A DNA stretch of 64,000 bases. Origin: Bugula neritina (Eukaryota; Animalia; Bryozoa). The DNA lies in the NCBI GenBank assembly GCA_964035545.1, contig OZ037765.1, positions 16,616,995-16,680,994 on the forward strand. The letters run 5' to 3'. A program made the translations under genes and the position numbers. Each line of letters begins with the position of its first letter. Position 1 is the stretch's first letter. The notes beneath the pieces are model-generated. The model saw only the letters and a program-made list of their open reading frames with translations, was not told the DNA's origin and searched no databases. Shown here one piece after another: positions 51,001 through 64,000 of this stretch.

Positions 51001-54000
51001 GGTGGTCTTCCGTCAAGTGTGGTAATGTATCCACAGTAACCCCTGCAGACAACATTTTATATGCATACTGTAGAAGCTGAGGATCAACCTTTACCAACCA
51101 ACTGCATAGTTTACTTGAATCGCATGAAGTGTAGTCCGTGTTTAGTTTTAGCTCCGTCAGCCTCTTCCAGAATCTCTGCCTGGCTATTCCATTTGTTACG
51201 CCCACATCGTCTTTCAGTTGTTGTAAACTCAGAGACAGCAAAATGTCTCCGTCTATATTCAGCTTAAAGAACTTCTCGACAAACTCATCAAACCCAATCT
51301 AGATAAAAGAAGTATAAGTTGAGCTGCTATAATGCAAAAAGTTAAGTTTGGTGTAAAAGTTGAACATTATAAACTGCAACTATATAGTTATTTTTTGCCC
51401 AAGCTATAGAGAAAATTATAATTTATATAATATAGGCAATTAGTCATTTTCAGTTTTATTTTGAAACCAATTTTGAACATACCATATCAGATTAAAAATC
51501 CGCAAAACTAATTCAAATGCAAAATATTGAACAATACATGTATATACCAAAGCATTATTGTTACTATATCACAGTGCTTGCAACAGCAATCCTAAATTAC
51601 TAGTGGCTGACATACAAAACTACTCAAGTACCAAGAAAATCAAAAGCTTGAAGAAGACAAAGCGGCAAATAAAAGTAAAAATATTACACTTGATTTCTTG
51701 TAAGTTTTAAAGCTGAAGTTCAACTCACTAAGAATACCAAGTGTTTATATATTGATAACTCCTAGAAAATATTCCTACTAAAATAATTTTACAGCAGGTT
51801 CAATCAGCAGAGAAAGTGTCTGTGACCTTAAAACTTTGATTCTATTGAACTGAAGTGAAATAATTAGACTGGGAGAAAAAAAGAATGAACACACATTTTT
51901 AACATAGATCAGCTCATTATAATGGTTCATCAACACAATCAATGATTCTGGTTGAATAGCATCTCTCTAATGGTACTGCAAAAACTAAATAGACTAGAGT
52001 CTCGATAGAATTTAATGAAAATAAGTTTCAGCTTAACTGGTATTTATGTGATTGTATCTAAGGGTAGGGGTGACAATGTAAAAGCCTGACAATTTTCAAA
52101 AAGTAACTCGATTATAATACCTAGTGACTTTATCCCCACAAAAAGTTTAATAAGCAAAATTCAATTGTGGCAAAGCATCTAAAGCCATGATATCCGGAAT
52201 TAGTTTTCATGTAAGTATGAGAGAGTAAGCCATAAGGGTATTTATTACAGAGGTTTACATTCCCATACATCAGAGGCTATTACAGTATCTGTCAGTCTAT
52301 AATGATGAGTATTTTATGGGTAGTAAAATAATTAACATGGATAATAATAATTCGATTCCATAGCATTGAGCACTTGGAGAGCAAGTATCAGCAGTAACTG
52401 CTACTAATTAATTAGCTAAATGCTGGTTGGTTTGCTAAGACAGTAAAATACTAGTCATATATGTACAAGTTATAGTAAATATATTCAAATGTGATGCAGT
52501 GAGTGTATCAGGGGACTTCTCTAGAACTGGTATTTTTAAACATAGAGTACTATCTGACTAGTTTGTTTTAAAAAGCCAAAATGGTGAATATATACAAGAC
52601 ACAACTGGTGCGCAGTATTTGGGATGTCTCGTACTAATCATTAAATACAAAACTTATGAACAACAGTAAGTAATTTGCAGATGAACAACGCTTTTACTGC
52701 CATCTCTATCAACACCATTGTCTTACTACCACAAAGGTTATTAGTTAATGTCATAGGGCATTTGCTGCCTTTTAGCAGTAACACTACGCTGTTACCCCTT
52801 TCCATCCTGTGCTATTGTGGAAACCATGGAAACCAATACATTCTGAGAAATTAGTATCTGGTTTATTTCAGTATCTAAGTTTATTTCAAGTAATGGTATT
52901 CGAGACTTGACTAGTTATAACATTGTAAATATAGAAGTTGGTTCCCCTGTTGTTATATCAAAGATTAGTATTAATTTTATTGAACATGCCCAGCAATCTA
53001 ATACTATAAGGTTGACAGCCTCCTACAAGCTAAGCTCTTTAATGTACTACTTATAACTACGCGACTATCTTGTAGTCATTATATTCCCCATAACCATTTA
53101 TATTATGCTCACACTTACCATGTATACCCTTGTGAATTGTACTTCAAAGTTAGTTATGTTGCATTCTACACCCAGTCCACATACATGTTACTATGTATGT
53201 TCCCCTCCCGATTTCATAAAACTACCTGATTACCTGTTTCAGCCAATTCTGCACGTCTGTCTTTGTCCATAGAGGGGGTGAGTGTGAACTAAGCGTATAC
53301 GGAATTTGCTCTCCTAAAACTTTTAAAGCTTCACAGGCAAACTTCGACGCTAACTTGTTGGGACTTGCAGCTACTTCTTTAAGAGGTGAGATGGCTCCAA
53401 TATCATACAATATCTACATATGAGTTTGATTACTACTATATAAGCAGCTGGAAGACCATGACCTTCAGCTATGCAATTGACAACACATTGTTCTTTGCTC
53501 TTATTTTACTTCCATGATGTATTGTTTAACTTCATCAGTTTTAAATTGCATACAAGTTTTACCCTACCTTAACATTCTTTTGTTCATTTTTCACTGCAGC
53601 CTCCATGGCAAAATGAAAGGCTGCCAGAGCTTGAGACTGCCTGCTCTTGCTCTTTAACATGGGAACTAGTCTTTTCAGCCAATCATCAGCTTTACCTTGG
53701 AAATGTATGTGTGTGCTGTGGGCAAACGCAATTGGTGAATGGCTGAGTATAAATGGCTCAACCTGAAATGACCGACGAAAATTTAATTTTCAACTGTTTC
53801 AAAAATTCATAAAGTATCATTAACAAAATAGTATTAAATAAAAGTAGCATTAAATAGGAATTTACCAATGCCATAGTACCAGATTTCTCAATAAGAGGAG
53901 CAAACTCTCTGCTAACTGTAAGCGCGCATATAGCCAGAGATGAGTAGTAGCGAACGACATCATCACCAGAGAATGCCATTGGAAACAGCCAATCTGGTAT

Positions 54001-57000
54001 CTTAGCAGCCATCATAGCCTCATGGTTTTCAGTACTTCCATATAGAGCAAGGTTGGCTAGCCCCATAGCGCAGTTTCGAAGAGTGCATTGATCTGAACTA
54101 CGGCACGAGTAAGACATCAAGTCAAGACTTCCTAATTCAACAAGCCGTCTGCAAGTATTCTCCGAGTGTTTGAATAACCCCTCAAGAATACCAGTGGATG
54201 CAGCTAAAATACTTGCATCCTGCTTGTTTTTATTGGACATGCACACAACAGTGTTGAGACCACTATCTACCGTGATGAGATACTCTCGATTTGGACTTGT
54301 CAATGATTGGGAGAGAACACGAGCTGAGCCTAGTAGAATATCATATATCTCCGACGAGCAGTTCTTTATGATAGTACAGAGGCCACCCTCGGTTCTCAGA
54401 GTGTCACATAGAGTATAGGCTAGAGTTCGGCCATATTGGGGCGTAGTCCAAGCTGATTTAAGAGAGTGTAGTATGTTATCCAAAGCTGTTGTTTGCTCCG
54501 TTGTTGAGTCACTAGTCAGTTGGTGTATGTTTTCTTTTAACTTCACCAACTCTCCCTCAAATCCCACCTAAAAATGAATGGCAGTTTATTGAAATTATTC
54601 TAAAACATATACATGTAAGTTGCAGAACCCTGGTAAAGCATTTTCATAAATGACGCCATACTCCATTGTTATAATATAAACTAGTCTAAGTTATAACACT
54701 ATAAACTACTTATGAATAACCTATCTCAGTGGTTTTAGTGTTTTCCAAAAGACTACTTTAAATTGAGAATGCATACATATTCAAAACTCAACTTTTACAC
54801 TTGAATGCTGTAAAAATTTGGAAGTCAAGTGTTAAGGTTTACAATTTAAGAGTCTTTTTGATGAAGTTGCAAACACAAAACAAACTGCAAAAGTCTATCT
54901 AAAACACATATAATCATATAATTTGAATTATTCACTAACCTGCTGTGAGGCAGCAGAAGTCATATTCAGTGAGGGTGGGGGTATATCCAGCTCTTCTGGC
55001 GGGTAGCTGGCTTCATAGGAACTCTGTCTTTTAGTGATTCTAATAGTGCCAGGCCCACTTTGCTGTTCATAGACTGAGTATATAGTACCGCCAGCTATAT
55101 GAAATTAACATAAATCAATATCTGCAGTTATATGAAATAGAAAATTATGTTTATCATGATTGGGCTTTGCAATACTGGAGAACAAAAGGTGTTAACACAC
55201 TAAGTCTACCAACTGCAAGTTCATCTGTGCATAAAATTTATTGAGAGGTTCGGGAACTAAAACAAATGATTTATATTCAGGGCATAATTCAAAATAGCCC
55301 AGCTTATTATACTCCAAACATGCTAAACTTTTACTAAAGGCTAGTTCCCTTAGAAAACTTTCATTTCCAGCTTCCCTAACAACTGGAAATAAAGAACTAG
55401 TTCTGAAATGTAATAATTATACACAACCACTCACTGCTTTTAAATTTTATTTTTTCATATGCATGTTCTATGTGGATGATTATTTAAGCATAAAACTCCA
55501 CACAAATTTTATTTGAACTAGCATTATGGAACCATCACAAACCAAGTTTTTTTTTATCAAACACACATCAAAGAGCAAACAACTCTAATTTTTGAATACA
55601 TCAAGTGGTATGAGCAAAAAAGTGAAAATATAAAATTTTTATCATTCAACAATTGGAATAAGATAACAAAACTTTCAACTTTGAGTTAGATTGCAGAAGA
55701 CATTGTATTCTTCCATTAAAAGTAAGCCATCAAGCACAGCATGGTATTTAAATACTTAATAAAAATATGATGAAGTTTAATGTTAAACCTTAAATCAACA
55801 GTAAAGTCATCACAGTTTAAAACTGTCCAAAAAATACAATTTATAACTATTCATGGAGATAAAAAAGTATCTAAAAGTAGGCAAAACTAATAATTTAATA
55901 GTATAATTCTTGCCAAAAACATAGGAGCAGGTTTTTAAAGCACCGTTGTTTAGTTACATTTAGACAATTTTAAAATATCTAAAAATACTTTGGGTTTTAT
56001 AATTACTTTTGTGTCACACGCCTTCAATCAATTCACAGTTTTAGCTCACCTGCTGATGCAACTACATTAGAAAGGTAATAGTGGTAACTGTTCATTTTTG
56101 TTACATTAATTAAGCACTCTAAGAGTCTAAGTTAAAATAGCCTTAAATACATTTGGAAAGTCTAAGAGCTTGCTGAGAACTTACTATTATTTGACTATAA
56201 CCCAAACATGCCTGTGAAACCCTTTTTAAGAATAGGCATTATAAGTAGAGTTTTCAGATGGCATAGAGTATTTCATACAACCTGCATCTTTAAAATTAAG
56301 ATTTGGCTGAGGTCCAGAACAATTTTTAGACATTTTATATAAAGATAAAACATCCTCTTGTGACCGACAACTAAGCCCTGAGCAGACATTTACATCTGTA
56401 AGTGACTCAAATAACAAAATAATGACAAAAAAATTAAATAAACAATTATATATTTGCCAACATTATTAGCTGGCTGAATGTGTCAAGTGTTGTACTGAAT
56501 CTGATGAATCAATTGAAGTGATATTATGTGCCCAAAAAGTTCTATAAAGTTGATTTGGTTGGGTATACAACTCTGAGGCTGTTCTAGCCAAGACATTTAA
56601 CCTTCATAAAGCAGCCTGCTTTAAACTTCATTAAATATTCTTCTATCTATAAACCAGAATGCTGTGCATAGTTTATTACAGAAGTGACGATAGAGGATAG
56701 AGTTCACCAGCAAAACAACTTGCTACAAATTGGCCAATGTTTGATGAGCAAATTCAACCATGTGGTACAATACTTACTGCTGTGAGTTCCAGCTGCCGAG
56801 CCGAAGCTGCTGCCAGAAGCTGACTCATATGTGCTGCTACTGCTGCTAGTTTTAGCAGACGAGGTGACTGCAGGTGGCTTCACTGGCTTATACTGTCCAT
56901 AACCAACAGATGGGAAGGGGTCGTTGGTCAGCTCCTCCTAAAGTTATCAAAAGGCATTAGAGAAATTTATCTTCGATAGAGTAGCAACTGGTCTTATTTA

Positions 57001-58060
57001 CATGACAAGTTTTTGATTATATAAGTTATATTTGAAATAAGAACTTTAGTATTTAGTATAAAAGCTCCAGCTGCCTGCTACCCGAACAGGACAAAGCGGA
57101 GAAAGGTGAGATAAAGGCTCCAGCAGATTGGAATGCATAAGAATGACTTCTTACTGAGAGATGCAGAAAGTCAGAGAAATTTAAGATGCTATCTCTCAAG
57201 AAGGCAGCACATTTTGACTTGAATCAAAGAATTGAATTACTTTATTATATGAAACTGAAATCACTGTCTGCAAACTCAGCACAGCTATGATTACGAAACG
57301 TGCAAATTCTTTGAATGACAAGTGTTTCCCAGTAATTATAATTGCAACTCATCCTTTGAAAGTTGTCGAGTGCAATGATCAAAAGTTTACGATTAAAATT
57401 TTCAAAGATAATTGGAGAAACTGCACATTTGTTCTAGCTAGTTTGTATGCTGTATTCTGCTACCATTTGATAGTAAATATATGTTTGTCTTTGAATGGTA
57501 TGCCTACTACTGTCATATATATTTGAGCTATATGCTCTAAAAGACTTCAGAGAGGAAATTCAGTCCAACAGAGATAAAGACATCAAACGCTGCTAAGTAG
57601 CTATTAGTACTAACAATTAAAAAAAGTTAGCTTTAAACTACGTATAAGCTATTAAGTATAGAAGTATAAAGTAAATATAGATTTTTACTTCTTTTAGATA
57701 GATCTATATATCTTTACTTCTTACTACTACATATTAAATGCAAGCACACTTTGCTTTAATTTCACTTTTACATAACATAATAATAATAATCTACATGAAA
57801 ATAACTCTAGAGGTGACTTAAGCCAGAAAAATTTGATCTAACAACTTGATTTTTTACAAATTGCGTGAATTTTGAGCTTCAATCTTTTTCTTGAAAGTAT
57901 TGAAGACTCGAATATTTCACCAAAAGAGTAAGACACTGGATACAATCATAACAGTAATGTAATGCAGCATAACCTGTGGTACCTTTTGGTGAATTGTCTG
58001 TAGGGTGAACTTCATATTTCCAGCTCCTGATCTGTTAGTATTTGTTCTAGAAGATGCCAT
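48037..58060 (-). CDS. SARM1: NAD+ hydrolase SARM1 (ARM - SAM - SAM - TIR), at least 11 coding exons, ~775 aa from the ATG at 58060
   Basis: Minus-strand exons (58111)58060-57983, 56937-56778, [56061-56050], 55094-54940, 54567-53866, 53762-53568, 53413-53234, 51298-50938, 50624-50504, 49910-49721, 48596-48475, 48100-48037, in phase. Motifs [36 protein letters not shown] domains, [41 protein letters not shown] (catalytic Glu), WIHDYQDAC. The frame is open upstream of the ATG to the acceptor at 58111, so the true start may lie further 5'. Confidence 0.95.
50288..50452 (-). mobile_element. tRNA-derived SINE-like repeat, copy 2 (SARM1 intron)
   Basis: Reverse complement aligns by eye with 15345-15535, including the B-box-like GGTTCGAGCCC and the 3' GATGGCGACTATAAA. 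Confidence 0.72.
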
Positions 58061-61000
58061 GCCGCCTGTTGTGTTAGTCTCTTCAACTGCTCCGGGTAGA
58101 TCCCAGTACACCTACGAACAGGTAGTGCAGCAAAACTGTCTCAAAGCTTATAACTTAATGTAGATACATTTGGAGCTATGTAAAAATCTCAATGAATAAA
58201 TTATAATGGAAAAACAATTTTCATCGTCAACAATTGCGGCTGAATATTCACATAATTGAAAATAGCTCAGAAGTCATTGTAATCTGTGCCAACAAAAGAA
58301 TTATTAGTATTTAATAAGTGGCTTTAATTTTTGTTAAAATAAAATCAATTCAATTGATTGAGATTTCCAAATGAACAAAAAATAAAACTTTCTATGAGCA
58401 AGTTAAGTCAATTTATACTATCTTGATTTTAAGTTGCAATTATAGAGCATATAACAAGTCTAAAATCATAAAGTTGGTATAAATTTGGTCACCAACACAT
58501 ATGCAAACAGAGAAGTGAATATCATACATAATAAATGTGCTCTAAGTTCAGTTTTGGTCTATGCAAAATAAAATCTAATTATGGACTATAACATGATAAT
58601 ACATGAGTTCATATTTTTAATAATCTTGTCATTTCTGTTAAATACTATTGACACATAAAACACTATAGCTGTTAACTAGTAATTTAAATTACTCTATGTT
58701 TCTGTCAATGATACTATATTCTACACTAAATCATAAATTCTATTGTTACAGGTTTTACAATTTGTGCCTATCCAGGTTAATGCAAGAATAATATTATTTT
58801 TTGAGAAATTAACAATTAATAGGTTATAAATTATGAAAGCATTATAATGTTTCTATCAACACCCGTCTCTAGTAAAATATAATTAAACTAATACTAATAT
58901 TTCAACAGGTTTACTTCTACTGTTGAAATAAGATAACTTACATAAATATTAGCAGATTTGTCTATCAAATAAAAAATATTTTTAGTCTATTTTTCAATCA
59001 AGTTACTTGCCTTACTTCACTTTTTATAACATTTGATTAGCAATTTTTATGGAAAATTTGATCTTATTTTACTAAATATAAATTAGCTCCTCCAACAGAG
59101 CCAGCAGTTCCTTTAAACAACTATCTTTGTCTATGATAAGCTCAACAGAATAGTTTTCTTGCAAAGAAATGTAACTTGCAAGATTAATGTTATAGGGTCG
59201 CCCTGGGGCCTGGACTGCATGAAACAAAGCAGAGAACAGAATAATGAAATGATGCTGCTTTTAGTTAATCTAAACTAGTGAATTTCAATCAAGACTTATA
59301 TGCAGATAATTGAAGGTAAGATGAAAACAGTTAGCATAAATAATCATACAAATACACAACCAGCATGTATCTTATTATTAGCACTAGTTCAAAGAAAATG
59401 CTTTCAGAACATTCACTTACCTAGCCAGACTACAACTATAAGCCTGCTGTTGAACATTTTATAATTTCAAGATGTGAAACTACAGCTGCAAGTATTGATA
59501 ATCTTTCACAAAAAGAACTATCAAAATAATTATATAATTTATGGTCAAAGGACATAATTGCAAAAAGAATCACTATTTAAAAACAAAAAATAGTTTGCTT
59601 AAATTTATTTACTTCAGCCAAACTTTTCTACACTTCTAAAGTATTACATATAATAAACACTTTAAGCCAAACTCTCGAAGTTCTTGAAGTTTATTACTAG
59701 AGAGATTAGCATAAGATTGGGTTTCTCCTACACCACCTACAGGCCTACACACTCCTAGCTGTATACTAAAAGCCAGTAGTGGTAGTGGCTTTTCTAAGGG
59801 AGTCATCCACAACATATTTATCTCTGTGGAGTAACATTGTTATATACTAGAGTGGACACAGCTATATGGCTCGATTTGTAACAGCAGTTCCATGCATCAA
59901 CTCACTAATAAATTTTGACTTCAGTAAAGTTTGGGTTCTGTCGACTAATGCTACCCTGAAAAACTACACAAATGATAACTTTTAAACTACCTTTCAACTT
60001 ACAGACTAGTTTGGCCTCAACCCATGCTGGCAACATGGCTTAAGAACTTCAAAGTAGTGCAAAAGCAATTTCGACTGAAAGCTCTTCCGAGTGTCACCAA
60101 TAGCCTTTTTAGGATTGAACTATGGCATGTGCCTCTTTCTACTGAACTACAGCAAATACAGTATCTGCTGCTAAAAAACTAATGACCTGCAGTAATTTAC
60201 TAGCACCACGTTCACCACTCTTACAACTCTTACCAGTATTGTGTCTTTGAAACACTCGCTGTTAAGTCAGAACCTCCAGTATCAAAGTTAAAACATGAAG
60301 TTAAAGTGTCAGAACCCTACTGAATGTTCTAGAAGCAATTAGCCAAAAACAAGCAGGGTTACTAGCTGATGAGATGAGCTATAATAAAACAATTAAGTGG
60401 AGTTTAGTGAAGCAACCCATCAGTGCTAATTAGTAACTGTGTATAACATTATATTGTGGAGGTTGGCAACATGACCTATCAACCTTGTAAAATTACATGG
60501 GCCTATGTTATAACTCTACAAGATATTACAGTGTATGCATAGACTACACTTTACAGCCTACATAAAGTCTATAACCAATAAAATACAACATTATCCATAT
60601 CTTATTTTACTATATAGGGTGTCATACACTAGCAACAAATGATATGTGTTTAAATGGTAACACATTTTACTAGCTTTGAATTTTAATATCAAACGCTTAT
60701 TTTTATTTTAAAAAAAAAAAACAAATTTTTTTAGGCAACGACTTAATCTGCGAAAAATGTCACTGCATGCAAATATACAAACATATAGGTTTTCATATTA
60801 TGACTTACTAGTGGTTCAATACAGAATATTTGTATAGCGGAAGCAACTAAGATTTATAGTGGGCATATCATTTCCTAAAATAATTCGATGAATCAAGTGA
60901 GTAAAATGTCTATAGGTGTTGCTCAACATATATATCATGTTGCTATTTCTGACCTGGGAACTATATAACAGCTGTCTGTTAGTTAAGTTGGCAGGTGACA

Positions 61001-63708
61001 GCTAATGTATATTAGTTTCCTTATTTTAATGTTTTTAAATATTAAATTTCAAATGTCACTTAAGCTCAATTTTACCTATATAAATACTAGTGAATGTACC
61101 AAATACCTCACGTCTTATTCATTCGGCTATATTTACAGTACAAGAGTTGCGTAACTATAATGGTTTCAGCCAATTTACCAAAGTAGTAGTCATATGAAGT
61201 TGTCTTTCCAAATTCGAACTGCATTGTATACACACTGTATATAATACCGACAGTAGCTGTAGAAAACTAGATGTTTTAGCAGGAAGACAATACAATGTAG
61301 CATGTACAGCAACTGATTTTAGAACAGATACTCCATTGCATTAAATTGTTGAAGTTGCATATTGCAGCATATCAAGCAGCATATTATAAACTTTTCAGAT
61401 TTGAAGGTTCCTTTTCATAAAATAGATAGTTCTTATGGAAACATAAAGTTTAAAGAAAAGGTTCGGCATCAAAAAATTTCTAAGAGTCTGTGTTCTGGCA
61501 AATAGAAGTTTGTTTGTGTAAAATTAAAATGTGTACTCACAACAAAAACTCGAAAAATAAAAACTGTATTGTTGTTCTACTACTACTACAGGTGATAGCA
61601 CTTGGATTTCTCTCAGTTGTGTTGCCAGTAACAATAAACAGTAAAATTTTATTAAATTTTCAGGATTCCAGCATAACTTTTTCTGCCTAAGCATAATGAT
61701 TTAAAATGAGGCTACAACTACCATAGGCCTATGATGTAAGAGCTGCAAGATTGTTAAACATAAATAACACCTATAATAAAAAGAGACATTTGTGCTGCAT
61801 AGAGGAGTGCTGCCAAAATTTGCCTAAAGCACAAAGTGGTCGTAAAAGGTCACTTGCCAAGTTCGCAGAAATAAAAACCAAACCTTTTGCTAATGTGTTT
61901 CAAGTGGCTTTCATTTATTCAAGAGTTATCAGCCAATTTCAGGTGCTACTGCAGATATATCAACCTCTTCAGACCATTAAAAGGTATTAGAAAAGTATTA
62001 ATACAATGTATTGAAAATTGAGTGTAAACGGAATAATTATAATTTTTGCTATTCAAGCGGTCATGGAAAATTCAACACAGCATTTTCACACTTCCACAAA
62101 ATAAACTATTAACTGCACTATTGAAGTTCCTTTCTACTAAACATGAGAATATCGTATGCGATACATATGTGGTACAGTGTGCACTGTGGTGTACATGGTG
62201 AGCCAGGCAAAAGTAGATATATAAATATATAGTAAAGAACATTTGTTATAAGCAAAGAAGCTACAAACTAAAACTGGGAGTATTACAAGCATGTACAGTG
62301 TAATAAAAAACAACTACAAACCTTAAAAGATTTCCCAGGTATTAGAGATGGCTGCATATTGAGGAAAATAAAAGCCTGAGTTTACAAAACACTAAAGTTC
62401 AGCTGATTGAAAGAAATAAAACAGAGACAAGCACACATCTCTGTGTGAAACTCAGCTAATAGCACAACTAAGCGATTCTGCCAATTTGATCTGACAACAC
62501 GAAATCTACATATTATACAAATACAGAGACTAGCATAATCATACTAACGCTAAAAGCATTGCAAGTTTTCAAAATAGGCTTCATATTGCAGCCAATGATG
62601 CTGCATTCACACAAGGCTCTGTATAATATGCTCCCAGCTTTATTAGATATATTAAGTATTAGAATGAATCGCTTTATATTGAAGACAAGTAGAGAGTAAT
62701 TTTAAACACATTGCAGATACTGCTCAAGCTTACATTAACATATAAACTATTTAATTAAAATATTTATTATCAGTTTCCTTGTGCAGCCTATAATAAAGTG
62801 CTTATATTGCATCAAGCAAATGGTCTTTGAGGTATCCTCAAAATGTTGAAAGTGTTTTAGAAAATCAGACAAATTCAAGTGCAGATAATTACAAAGTTAT
62901 GAAATTAATGAGTATAAACTAATTAATGAATAATCATTACCGATAAGTAGTCTATATATAAGTGCAAGAAATTTAATAGATGGTCAAACACAGTGTACAT
63001 TTAGTTGTATTGTATGTGTTGATATCTAAAAAAACACATGTCAACATCATTTATAATAATGGAAATTATACTAAAACATACTATTTAGATTTTAAAACAA
63101 TTTATAATATTATTGTTGTGCTGTTGATCATTACAGCAAGTTATCATTTCTTAGCTTCGTTGACATTACTTGATACAGGAAGCTATTTAAAATGAACTGA
63201 GGTAAATTTCCCACCCTGCACTAGCAATATGTATTATATTTTATCATCTATGCCACTTTATATTATAACAAGGTTAACCCACACCTATCCTAGCTGAGTG
63301 CCTGTCCATTGCATTAAAGTAGGTAGAAATAATTCCTGTCTAGATAATAAAAACTATCCTGCAGAAGACAAAATAACAGGAATATAATTTCCATTTACAT
63401 AATTTAAATTAAAATATTATTTATTTGGTTAGCAACATAACCAACCTTTTCAACAGCTTATTAGCCTATCAACAATAACCAAAGGACTGTAAGTTTTAAA
63501 GTAAAATCATGAATGAGCTTGCAATACTAATAGGTTTGAATTTTTTAAAATAATAATGATGGTATTATTTTGAACTTTCAGTTTTGGAAGTTCTATCTAT
63601 ACATTTACCTAGCACTATATTGACAACTAACCCATTATGCAACGTTGCCAAATTTTGTAGAAAATTGCAAGCTATGATCTGATTGTATGAGCTGATACTA
63701 AGTAGTTT

Positions 63709-63880
63709 GAAGCAGTGACTAATAACATGACTAAATAGTGTGAAGCAGTGACTAATGACTAGATGACTAAGCAGTATGAATCAGTGACTAATGAGATGAC
63801 TAAGCAGCATGAAGCAGTGACTAATGAGATGACTAAACAGTGTGAAGCAGTAACTATTGAGATGACTAATTGGTATGACT
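63709..63880. repeat. ~33-bp degenerate tandem repeat x ~5 (GAAGCAGTGACTAATGAGATGACTAAGCAGYRT)
   Basis: Directly visible; each unit has about two TGACTAA motifs. Confidence 0.85.
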
Positions 63881-64000
63881 ATAATGAAATGACTGTAAAC
63901 ATTGATGACCAATGGCAACAATTTTGAATCAAAATCAAGGCAAAGTTTCTATAAATTCAACAAGTCACAAGGTCCTATAAACTGTCGGATATCTTTCATT

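Overview
AT-rich, intron-containing animal genomic DNA. It is an invertebrate, and the species cannot be assigned from the sequence. Five spliced protein-coding genes can be rebuilt by hand with GT-AG introns and consistent codon phases: MPPE1/PGAP5 (+, 465-4911), TCAIM (+, 9977-16373), EPS8 (-, 34695-17095, 24 coding exons), BET1 (+, 44941-46426, absent from the ORF track) and SARM1 (-, about 58060-48037, 5' end unresolved). Between EPS8 and BET1 is a three-tier transposon nest: a decayed CR1/L2-type LINE is split by a 3.57 kb Academ DNA transposon (3-bp TSD), which itself carries a 5'-truncated RTE LINE. There are also two hAT MITEs with 8-bp TSDs and two copies of a tRNA-derived SINE. No prokaryote-type system (CRISPR, operon) is present. 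The most unusual signals concern RNA processing. EPS8 introns hold four different minisatellites. Two of them are mutually complementary and bracket three exons, and one is an array of TACTAAC motifs next to a 5' splice site. EPS8 also has a candidate mutually exclusive exon pair and a truncated isoform, and SARM1 has a candidate 12-nt microexon. Kilobase tracts of degenerate self-complementary (ANT)n DNA flank the putative promoters. All coordinates were read by eye. The splice-isoform and regulatory claims are hypotheses that need RNA data.
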